Assembly (NCBI GenBank): GCA_951406725.2
Contig: OX597832.1
Location: 51,150,001-51,214,000 of the forward strand
Origin: Octopus vulgaris
Taxonomy: Eukaryota
Reading direction: 5' to 3'
DNA length: 64,000 nt
Made by a program: the position numbers and the translations under genes. The notes under the pieces were generated by a model that worked only from the letters and a program-made list of their open reading frames with translations, was not told where the DNA came from and searched no databases. This document shows positions 52,895-64,000 of this stretch, in pieces. Positions within the stretch are counted from its first letter, which is position 1. Each line of letters starts with the position of its first letter.

Positions 52895-53084
52895 AATAGC
52901 ACCACGCCGGAAATAGCAGTCAAAACTTGACTCTAAAACCACATTAAATGTTCATACAGAACCAGAAGAGAAGACATATATATGTATACATGCAAATATA
53001 TGCATGTATATGTTCGTATATATAAGTATTCGTATGTTATATGTATATATATATATGTGTGTATTTATGTTACTATCTGTGTAT

Positions 53085-53142
53085 ATTCCACTGATGAGGC
53101 AAAGCATTTCTTATGCAGAGCTAGAAATCCAGGATCTGGAAT
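53085..53142 (+). ncRNA. Type I hammerhead ribozyme motif (one defect at the stem II/core junction)
   Basis: ATTCCA-CTGATGA-GGC..GCAT(TTCTT)ATGC..GCT-A-GAAA-TCCAGGA-TC-TGGAAT: 6-bp stem I, intact CUGAUGA and GAAA, stem III and an AUC triplet. Confidence 0.6.
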
Positions 53143-53238
53143 TATCCTGTAATTTTTTGCTAGTTTATTTTGACCTTTTGTCTTCTCTTTCAGGCCTAGT
53201 GCTTATCATAGAAATACTACTACTACTACTACTACTAC

Positions 53239-53286
<48 letters not shown>

Positions 53287-53847
53287 ATGCCCTGATGCAG
53301 TACCAGACAGTGGCTCTCACGGCTTCTGATCTTAACTGATTGGAAGTGTTATCATGTACATTGTTTTGTTTTGGTATAAAAGATGGGCTACAGCAAATAT
53401 TATTCTGCTCAATACCACAGATTTGCTTGTCAGTTGTTTGACCGTAACCAGTTGACCATGTCCCTTAGTGGCTGACAATATGTGCATCTCTGACTATGAA
53501 CAGAATTAGTGGGGGAGCATCATAGCTGTGTGTTGAAAGGAATTTTTGGAGGTTTGGATAATTCACCTTTGGAAACATGGGTGGTTCGTTCAACATCCTT
53601 AAACAATCCTTATTCAGGGACCTTTTGAGTGGGATGGGCTACTTGACCAGAAGAAAATTCTAACTGGGCCCCACCTGCAAGGTCATGCGCTGTTGATCTT
53701 GATATGAGATCACCATGTCGTGCACACATGGTTGTGAGATGCATGTGCCTAGTGTTCCCTTATCAGACGGGTAGCCATGATGGGTATACTGGGCTTCGGA
53801 TATTTTACCCCAGTGTCACTTTGATGGCATGCACTGTTCTCTCACTC

Positions 53848-53907
<60 letters not shown>

Positions 53908-55196
53908 TTTGGTACAAGGTCAGCAATTTTGAGGATAGGGGAAGTCAACTTCTTTCTTTCCTTGTTGACAAATGGACATTTAAATGTATGCACACATATG
54001 TGTGTATATGACTACCTATATATATATATATATATATATTTTATGTATATCTATATGTATAAAATAGAGACCCAGGAAGACAAGGTACAAAGTATTAAAG
54101 GCTGATTTCAAGACACTCATCCTTATAAAAGAGATAACTAAGGACCAAAATATCTGGCACACTGTTGTACTCAAGAAGACTAAACCACCACAGCAGAATT
54201 GATACTGGTTCTGGTACCATATAAAAAGGACTGGTGCTGGTGCCACATAAAAAGCACTCATGCTGAACCATGTTAAAAGCACCCAGCACACTCTGTGGAG
54301 TGGTTGGCATAGAAACCATGCCAACAAACACTAGAGCTTGGTGTGGTCCCTGCCCAAACTGTCCAACCATGGAGAACAGATGTTAAATGATGATGATGAT
54401 GATATATATCTATACCCGCATACATAAATATCTATACATACATATATCTATATACATATACACATACATATACTATATATATATATATGTAATAATGTAT
54501 AAATATATGCATATATACATATATATATGTACATACCTACATATATAAGTATATATACATGCACATATGGGTACAGGACATCAAAAAAACGTTGAACACA
54601 ATGTGAAACGAAAACATATATATATATATACATATATACATGTGTGTGTGTGTGTGTATACACCACACATATTATATATGCATGTGTGTATACACATGTC
54701 TATACATGCATACATATTTATCAAACTAAAGCTTTTTCTAAGCACACAAAAAATGAAAAAAAAATTCTGAATGAAATATGGCTGAAAATTTCTAATCATT
54801 TGTAGCTGCTCAAAGCCTCGGCTCTGGTGACAAATCATTCAACATCCTTTTGCATTTCATTTTCAATGAATTAATTAGAGATTTCAATGATAAGAAATTG
54901 CTAGACTGTTTGTGACACCTTACTTGTAGCTGTTTATTATCACATAATGTTACAGTCGCTTATTTTAGAGAGCCCAGTTTTTTTGACAGGCTTTCATTGA
55001 TTTCTAGAATAACCACTCACTCGTCTTTTTCTGTATTCTTATTCTGTGAATATTAACTGGGGTTTTTTTTCCAGCTAACTGCAATACAGTAGACACTTCA
55101 CCACCATCAGCATCAACAGCAGCAGAGGTCCTCAACCGTTTTTTGTCTATGAACCTCTTTAGTTCCTATTTTACTCTCCTGGACCCACATAGCCAT

Positions 55197-55247
<51 letters not shown>

Positions 55248-56382
55248 TCTTTTACTTGTTTCAGTCATTTGATTGTAGCCATGCTGGAGCACCGCCTGTA
55301 GTTGAGCAAATCAACCCTAGGACTTATTCTTTTAAAGTCTATTACTTATTCTATTGGTCTCTTTTGCCGAACCTCTAAGTTACGGGGATGTAAACATACC
55401 AGCATAGGTTGTCAAGCAATATTGGAGGGACAAACATATACACACATATAAATGCCAAATCCAACCAATCAGAGTAGTGGACACAACATGGCCCAAGTGG
55501 CCGAAGGTTAGCTGTTATCTGCTACGTCTGTATTTATGTTATATATGTCAGAGAGAGAGAGAGAGAATGAATTTCACTAAGCATCCGCTATAGATTCATC
55601 GTAGTTTTGCAAGAGCCTACTGTTTCTTCATAATATAAAATTTTGACATTTTGTAATGAACAGAACTGTTAAGAAATGAATGTAAAATTTTTTGAGCGTT
55701 TGTAAATCAGTTAAAATGATTCTTCCACAATGTTTCAGATAGAACACACAACCTCAAATTAAATCATTTGCCAATCTAGTATAACTCCAAAATTGTTCAA
55801 AATACATAGATCTTTACATCTTTCTTGAGTAAATTTAATTTTTGATATATTTTTGCTAAACATTTTCTCATTTTATCCAATATTTTTTCTATTCATTTAG
55901 TACTATTGCAAACATGTTGTATATTTTCAAGTAAACGGTAAAGGAGTAAAAAGAAATTACATTTGATTTACTTCAAAACAAGCAATATTGATTTTTTTCT
56001 TGTCTTACACAGACTCAAGAAATTGTTGTATTACTTTTTCATGCAAGTTTCTTTGAGTAGAGCAGAGAGAAGTTCCTAGCAGACTATTTTTGCATGATCC
56101 AACATTTCTCATTACTTTCCCATTTTGTGATATTTGTTCCAGACGAGTTCAAACCTTGCTGAGATCAACTGAAAAGAGCTGTAGTTGGCCATGTGTTGTC
56201 AGGCTTCTGACTGACATCTCAATAGTTTTGTATTCTCTTTTTGGATAGTGCTTCACAAATTTCCAATATATTTAGCCTTCAAATAAACCCATTACACCTA
56301 ATTCTGAATACAGTAGTACCCCACTTTACAAGGACCTGCTTTACAAGTTTTATTTTTCAAGCACAAAATCCAAATGCGAGTG

Positions 56383-56621
56383 CCTGCCATACGAGCACCA
56401 ACAATTTGACCTCTTTGAAAGTCTGATAGATCTGTAATTTTAATGAATTTTAATTACCTTTTTCTGATGATATCTGAAAATAAATAGCAATTTTAGCAAA
56501 ACATATTAAGCAACACTAATAATAAATAAAAAAACATAAAAATATACAAGCTTTTGACGGTTTTTATAGATATTTCAAAATTACGATGCTAGGTGTTTCC
56601 ATTATTTTGTCCAAACCTCTG
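56383..56621 (-). mobile_element. 5' end of the same Tc1 family as 1933-3133
   Basis: Reverse-complement match to ~1933-2165, including the TIR. Confidence 0.85.
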
Positions 56622-57386
56622 TATGTATATATATATATACGATGGGCTTCTTCCAGTTTCCATGTACGAAATCCACTCACAAGGCTTTGGTTGGTCCAAG
56701 GCTATAGTAGAAGACACTAACCCAAGGTGCCACAAAGTGAGACTGAACCTGGAACCATGTGTTTAGTAAGCAAACTACTTACCACACAGCCACACCTGTG
56801 CCATGATTAACAAATATTTTTCTGGTTGTGTAGCAATGGGTAAAGACCCAGTATACACAAAAGGAATCTTTTATTATTTCATTATTTCCTTTATTTTATC
56901 TATATGTAGAAAGAGAGTAAGATTAAAAGATGGCTCCATACAAATTTTCTTGCTCTACTTAAATGATTTATAACATTACCACAAGATCACAAAATTTGGA
57001 AGAAGCGAAATTTCTTATTTTGACCTAATTACTTGTTTTATTGACCTTGGGGTGATTCTAGTTCAGAATGTTAAGGTATGAAAGTAAATACTACAAGCAT
57101 TTTGCAGTCCATCTCTGATTCTGCCAGCAAATTGCCTTAATGCTGTACCAGTTGTTATTCTTTCATAAAACACAAACAAAAACCATTTTTTTCACCTTTT
57201 TGTATTTATACAGGAAAACCTTTTTAGCCAAATGGATTCTGACGTATTTAATTGGTCAATATCGACAAAGAGAAATCAACAATTCATTCTAGATTGTTTT
57301 CTCTGTTATAATAATATCTATGCAGCTGCAGCTAATTCTTCATAAAATACATTGATCTACTGAGAGATGTACTGAATCATCATAAA

Positions 57387-57420
<34 letters not shown>

Positions 57421-59314
57421 GTTTAACGTTTGCTTTCCATGCTAGCATGGGTTGGACGATTTGACTGAAGACTGGTGAACCAGACGGCTGTACCAGACTC
57501 CAATCTGATTTGGCAGAGTTTCTACAGCTGGATGTTTCTAGGCTGCATTTTCCGGCTCAGAACTTCTGGAACCACTGTTGACACTGGCTTACACTTATTG
57601 TCTGATTCTCATATACTGCATTAATATTCCTAGCACTTTCCATTGCATTGAACTCATAAAGCAAAATATGCCAAATATGCTCCTTTGTCACTTCCATTAT
57701 AGCTTTGGAAAAATAACTGTTAAAATTGAGCTGCACTCTTCAAAACTTGCTCTAAGAATAAGCACAAGGTAAAATTACCACCTGTTTTTATAGCAAGTTG
57801 ATGCAGGTAGTTTATCCTGTCTCCCTCTGACTTTTAGTTCATGCAATTGAAAAAGCTGCATTATTTATGGGATGACCCAATAAATAAAAAGATTTATAGT
57901 TCTCCATGAGGTATGTTTTGCTGAAATAAAGAGTATTTTTTTTTTTCGTAATTTCTCAATTTTTAATTTGGTGATTGTTATTTTAAAACAAAGCAATGGA
58001 TATATACTTCTATCAAGTGAGGAGGATTTGGTGTAAATTGGTAATCATAATGAAGGAACCTAAAAAAGAGGACACTAGAAAACACTGCTCTACATCTTTC
58101 TATAGACATTACATATTCCCTTCAGCTTTCAAAACCTGCCTGACTATGCATAGGATGGTGTCGAAATGAGAAACTTTGTGTGGTTATGCTTGAAGAAATA
58201 AAGAATTAATTGCTTGGAACTTAACAAACTAGAAAAAAAAAAGAAAGAAAGAAAAAGGTAAAAGGAAAAGAAAATGGAATTGGAAATATCAGTCATGAAT
58301 CATTATCTTACTATGTTTCCGAGCTTTGATCTGGAAAAGCTGATGAATTTCATGCTCAATTAGACATTTCACTTAGACTAAGTCCATTACCATAGGCTTG
58401 TAGATTAACCCTTAAAAAAATTGAAGCTTCTTTTAGTAAGTGAAATGTCAAGGATATCAAGAAGGTCAGAACAAGCAGATGACTTCAGGTTAGTAGATTT
58501 TAAAGTCACCACAAAGCTGAGTAAGAATTATAACAAGTGAATGTTTCTTGAAAGCTAGGATGCTTGTGTCTTTTCTGACAATACTGGTGACAAAATGAGA
58601 GCTAGAATAATAATGATGTCTTCCCAACAGACACTTCTATTACCATAGCCACCACCACCACCACCTGTCCCATACTACACACCAATCCATCCTTGAACCT
58701 GTGTCAGTAGCATATCAGATTTTTCTACACTATGCCACTGCATGTGACCTTCAGGTAGATTCTGGGCACCAAAAGTCAAAATACCATCTGGTATATTCTA
58801 ACAGAAACAAGCAGCAACAAGTGTTATGTAAGATAGCAGTTCTTAGTTCAAACCACTCTAGCAAGCTGAACCTCAATAGCAATCATTTGAATATGAACAT
58901 GAATTATTTGAATTAGATCTTTGCCTTTTGATTCACTGTGTCTGATTTTGTTAAAACTTTCTACAGATATAGTTTTGCATACTAATTATGAAAACCTCAT
59001 TCATTTTTGTAGAAATTAAGAAAAATTTATGAAACTTGAAAGATTGAAATTTTTCCTAATTTCAGCCAATCAGATGCCTCCATTAGTGAGGTACCAGAAG
59101 TTTCACTTGCTGTTTTGTTTCTATAGCAGTCAAATTTCCTACAGCAAGTAAACCAGAATATTCTTCATCTGATCGGTAGTATGCCTAATAGGGCCCTGGC
59201 ATTGTAAAGTGCAAAGAGCCTACTAGATATTAGATATTCACATTATAATAATTAATAAATAATCTGAATGTATAATTTTAGATTTAGATGAATCTAATTT
59301 AGATAATTTTAAAT

Positions 59315-59720
59315 GGATCTTTTCGGTTTGAACGGCAGTTTTTAACATAATTTCTAGGTAACTAAAAATTTTAAACTTCATATACTGGTAGAATGTGTTT
59401 TGCTCTTGGCTTTATTGAGAAAATTCTATAGTTTGTAAGATGTTTGTTGTTTTTTTTCTTCAATTTCTTCAATTTAAACCAATCACTGACGTCTATTGAG
59501 GTAAAAAAAAAACATTATGTGCCGTATGAATATGTCCCCCGTTTAAGAAACAGATGGGTTTATTTACATTTGTGAAGAAAAAAAAGATCCCTTCCCCCCA
59601 CCCCTAACCCTAACCCTAAAACAGATTGAAATGCAATAGATCGATACTAGGGTCATAATTATGGGTGACAATTTCATATGACACCACAAGAAAAAACTGC
59701 CATTCAAACCAAAAAGATCT
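59315..59720 (-). mobile_element. Telomeric MITE with 8-bp TSD TTTTAAAT
   Basis: TIRs, (CCCTAA)n and an exact 8-bp flanking duplication. Confidence 0.92.
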
Positions 59721-60054
59721 TTTTAAATAATTATAAGGGTGTCTATTTACTTCTGTCATATCTATGTATACTGTTTTGTATTAGTCAGACCAACGACCTG
59801 ATCTTGATTTTTACTTTCACTATGATTCAGCTGTTGTATGTTCCAGCCTTCTCCAAGTGTTTTGTATTGAATTCGGTTGTTGTATCAGAATTTTGAACCT
59901 AACTCTTTATTTGATCTACAAGGGTACACTGTTGTCATTCTGCTCTCAAAGTTTCATGACAATTTTTGCTTCAGTTGAATTATGCGAATTACTTTAGTAA
60001 TAAGATCAAATAAAAGGTTAGGTTCAAAATTCCGATACAACAACTGTATTCAAT

Positions 60055-61616
60055 ACAGGACATCTGAAGAAAGCTAGAGCATACAACAGCCGAAATGTAG
60101 TGAAATGTGGAGGAAAGTGTGATTACTGGTGAAAGATAGGAAGAGGAAGGAGAAGGAGAAGAGGAGCAATAGTTAAAAAGAGGCAGGAGAGATTGGATAG
60201 TTGAATGGAAAAGAGGGGGAAAGATGAAGTAGTTAAAGAGTTGAAGAACGAAGGTGAAACGAAAAGTGAATGAGGAGAGGAAGTGGTGGAGAAAGAAGAA
60301 AAAGAAGAAGGAAAAGTTAAAATAGAAAACGTGAATGATAGTTGGATCTGAAGATGAAAAACAGAGAGAAAATTGCAAAATAGGACAGAAATTGTAAAAA
60401 GACCGGAAAAAAAATAATAAATGAATGAATGAATGAAAGAAAAAGAGGAAAGATTAAAGAGAAACGATAAGTAAAGATAAGATTTAAATTGACAATTTTG
60501 CAAGCAGTTTCCTCTTTCTGTAAAGTACTAAGGAGAGTAATAATATCAATCAAGGTGACACCAGTCTAATATAAATAGTATACTAAAAAAAGTCATAGGT
60601 ACTTCCTTCTATTTGCGACTAATTCTGTATCCTCATCCCCACAAAATCTCCACAACTACCTGTTTTAGTTAATAGGGACAGGACATCTGAAGACGGCTAG
60701 AGCATACAACAGCTGAAACGTAGTGAAATGTATCAATCAAGATGACACCAGTCTAATATAAATAGTATACTAAAAAGAGTTATAGGTACTTCCTTCTACT
60801 TTTGACTAATTCTGCATCCTCATCCCCACAAAATCTCCACAACCACCTGTTTTAGTTAATAGGGACAGGACATCTGAAGAAGGCTAGAGCGTACAACAGC
60901 CGAAACGTAGTGAAATGTATCAATCAAGATGACACCAGTCTAATATAAATAGTATACTAAAAAAAGTCATAGGTACTTCCTTCTATTTGCGACTAATTCT
61001 GTATCCTCATCCCCACAAAATCTCCACAACTACCTGTTTTAGTTAATAGGGACAGGACATCTGAAGACGGCTAGAGCATACAACAGCTGAAACGTAGTGA
61101 AATGTATCAATCAAGATGACACCAGTCTAATATAAATAGTATACTAAAAAGAGTTATAGGTACTTCCTTCTACTTTTGACTAATTCTGCATCCTCATCCC
61201 CACAAAATCTCCACAACCACCTGTTTTAGTTAATAGGGACAGGACATCTGAAGAAGGCTAGAGCGTACAACAGCCGAAACGTAGTGAAATGTATCAATCA
61301 AGATGACACCAGTCTAATATAAATAGTATACTAAAAAGAGTTATAGGTACTTCCTTCTACTTTTGACTAATTCTACTTCCTCATCCCCACAAAATCTCCA
61401 CAACCACCTATTTTAGTTAATAGGGACAGGACATCTGAAGAAGGCTAGAGCATACAACAGCTGAAACGTAGTGAAATGTATCAATCAAGGTGACACCAGT
61501 CTAATATAAATAGTATACTAAAAAGAGTCATAGGTACTTCCTTCTACTTGTGACTAATTCTGCATCCTCATCCCCAACAAAATCTTCACAACCACCTGTT
61601 TTAGTTAACAGGGACA
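60055..61616 (+). mobile_element. 187-bp tandem array with a minimal hammerhead motif per unit (retrozyme/Penelope pLTR-like)
   Basis: GACACCAGTC recurs at 60557, 60744, 60931, 61118, 61305 and 61492. CTGAAGA-N-GGCT..AGC(C/T)-GAAACGTA starts at 60687, 60874, 61061, 61248 and 61435, with a degenerate copy at 60064. Confidence 0.75.
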
Positions 61617-62207
61617 AATGTTTCCTTGTCTTCCAGTGTTGAACTCAAATCTTTTCTATGGAAAAATTTGTGATTGAAGGAACAGGAGTTTTTAAGATTA
61701 TATCAAAGAGCAACAAGCAGGGAACAGCTTACTAAGGCAGTATAACGCTAGACTTTATAAAAAAATTTATATACTTCATTTTACAATCTGACATCAATAC
61801 TTGTAGAGGTAGGCCGACCCTGTCTTCTGTCTGCCCGAGATTCGTACTATAGACGTCAACCACAGAAAAAAACAAAAAAATTCAAAATACAAAGACAATA
61901 AAAACATCTTGAATCATTTGATTGTTTGAATGTTCAGTTCAAACAGATATCGTTTGATGATTATATTGTTAAATACAATTGATTTTTCTATTCTTTTTAT
62001 TTTCCTCTCCTCCCCCTTTTTTTTTGTTTTCTTTTACTTTTCTTTCTCTCAAATTTTCTTTTGTGCGTTCCAGACTAACTCTTCCTTTCTTCTTTATACG
62101 TGGATGTGAATTTGTGCATGTGTGTGTGTGTCTGTGTGTGTGTTGTTGTTGTGTGTGTGTCTGTGTGTGTGTGTGCATGTGTTTGTGTGTCTGTATATCT
62201 GTGTACT

Positions 62208-62634
62208 TTACTCTCCTTAGTACTTTACAGAAAGAGGAAACTGCTTGCAAAATTGTCAATTTAAATCTTATCTTTACTTATCGTTTCTCTTTAATCTTTC
62301 CTCTTTTCTTTCATTCATTCATTCATTTTTTTTTTTTTTCCCGTCTTTTTACAATTTCTGTCCTATTTTGCAATTTTCTCTCTGTTTTTCATCTTCAGAT
62401 CCAACTATCATTCACGTTTTCTATTCTAACTTCTCCTTCTTCTTCTTCTTCTTTCCTCACCACTTCCTCTCCTCATTTCACTTTTCGTTTCACCTTCCTT
62501 CTTCAAATCTTTAACTACTTCATCTTTCCCCCTTTTTTCCATTCAACAATCCAATCTCTCCTGCCTCTTTTTAACTATTGCTCCTCTTCTCCTTCCTCTT
62601 CCTCTCTTTCACCAGTAATCACACTCTCCTCCAC
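62208..62634. repeat. Pyrimidine-rich segment duplicated in inverted orientation at 60107-60540
   Basis: ORFs 60123-60503(-) and 62245-62514(+) share long stretches; the nucleotide reverse-complement match is visible directly. Confidence 0.9.
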
Positions 62635-62972
62635 TTTTCCTCTTCTCCTTGTTCTCAATCCACTCCCTTTCAAACCCCCTACCTTCATTTTATTTTCTAT
62701 TTCATATCCTCTGTTCCATTATGTAAGGAATCCATTTTCTTTTTTTTTTTTTTCAATTACTTTTCCCTCTCTTTAGTAACCCTTTTTACAATTTACCTGT
62801 ACAAATACATATAGAAATATATATATATATATTCAGATGCTCATATGACATAGAAGCAGTCACATATTCCCACAAAAACCTATTAACACAAGTATTCAAA
62901 TGCACTCATCTGTCTGTCTGTCTGTCTATCTGTCTGTCTATCTGTCTACCTGTCTACCTACGTACCTATCTA

Positions 62973-63029
<57 letters not shown>

Positions 63030-63038
63030 GTCTCTCTG

Positions 63039-63093
<55 letters not shown>

Positions 63094-63315
63094 GTCTGTC
63101 TGTCTGTCTGTATGTCTGTCTATTTATCTACATACATACATGCATACACACACACACACACACATCAGAATATATGACCGTGACTACAAAATCTCACCAA
63201 AGTGGCTCCTAAAACTATTGGACACGCCACTTTGGTAACATTTCGAATCTCATTGGAATTCTCTCTTTTTAATCTTAAGAACACGTTAACTATCTAGCCT
63301 AGCTGCTTCTCTACC

Positions 63316-63358
<43 letters not shown>

Positions 63359-63676
63359 TATAAGTAACTATCATCTATTACACATAATATATAATAGATT
63401 TATTTTTCTTTACTTCACATTCTGAACTGAGTTCTACATCAGATATTGCTTAAGCACTGTATAACGTATATGTTAAACACCAACAATGTTAAGCAGACAT
63501 CATCTTTTTTTTTTATTTCTTCTTTCCTTCTGAATTAACCAACATCCAATTACATATAAATTTTAGTGTGTATATCTGTGTGTTACCTGATGTCTTCTCT
63601 TTCCTTTATTTTTTTTTTTATATAATTACAACTTTTCTTTAAAAAAAATTTGTCTCCAAGGCTAGATGATTATCAT

Positions 63677-63710
<34 letters not shown>

Positions 63711-63744
63711 TACTACCACCACCACTACCACCACCACCACCACC

Positions 63745-64000
63745 AACCACATGGTTCCGGGTTCAGTACAACTGCGTGGCACCTTGGGCAAAGTCTTGTG
63801 AGTGGATTTGGTAGACGGAAACTGAAAAGAAGCCCGTCGTATATATGTATGTGTATATATATATATGTGCGTGTTTGTGTGTCTGTGTTTGCCCCCACCA
63901 ACATCACTTGACAACTGATGGTGGTGTGTTTACATCTCCGTAACTTAGCGGTTCAGCAAAAGAGACCGATAGAATAAGTACTAGGCTTACAAAGAATAAG
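63745..64000 (+). mobile_element. SINE family A copy (runs off the window)
   Basis: AACCACATGGTTCCGGGTTCAGT...GATAGAATAAGTACTAGGCTTACAAAGAATAAG. Confidence 0.8.

Noticed and set aside
60547-61616. CRISPR-like array
   Set aside because: Whole units repeat with no unique spacers, the context is eukaryotic and there are no cas genes.
61979-62776. 265-aa hydrophobic ORF
   Set aside because: Low-complexity pyrimidine-rich and (TG)n sequence; the inverted copy at 60107-60540 has frameshifts relative to it.

Overview
AT-rich, microsatellite-dense animal genomic DNA. The SINE and MITE repertoire looks like an octopus/coleoid cephalopod (inference). Two minus-strand protein-coding genes are supported. 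(1) The first coding exon of ZC3H13 (15175-15041), with an NRF1/ETS/YY1-type promoter; its first intron appears to run off the window start. (2) Five spliced exons of a cytosolic SULT1-like sulfotransferase (41901-33876); its first coding exon was not located. Most of the rest is tRNA-derived SINEs, LINE fragments, Tc1/mariner remnants, Helitron/Helentron elements, MITEs and simple repeats, and nearly all listed ORFs are repeat artefacts. The most interesting signals are RNA-level. A 187-bp tandem array (60055-61616) carries a minimal type I hammerhead-ribozyme motif in each unit (retrozyme/Penelope-like) and is enclosed by a ~430-bp inverted duplication. A separate near-complete hammerhead lies at 53085-53142. 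An unassigned, strand-biased multi-stem RNA structure and a pre-miRNA-like hairpin sit in ZC3H13 intron 1 (about 12125-12541). There is also a locally amplified GG-terminal MITE with 8-bp TSDs that carries (TTAGGG)n repeats. All folds were read by eye and need computational and experimental confirmation.
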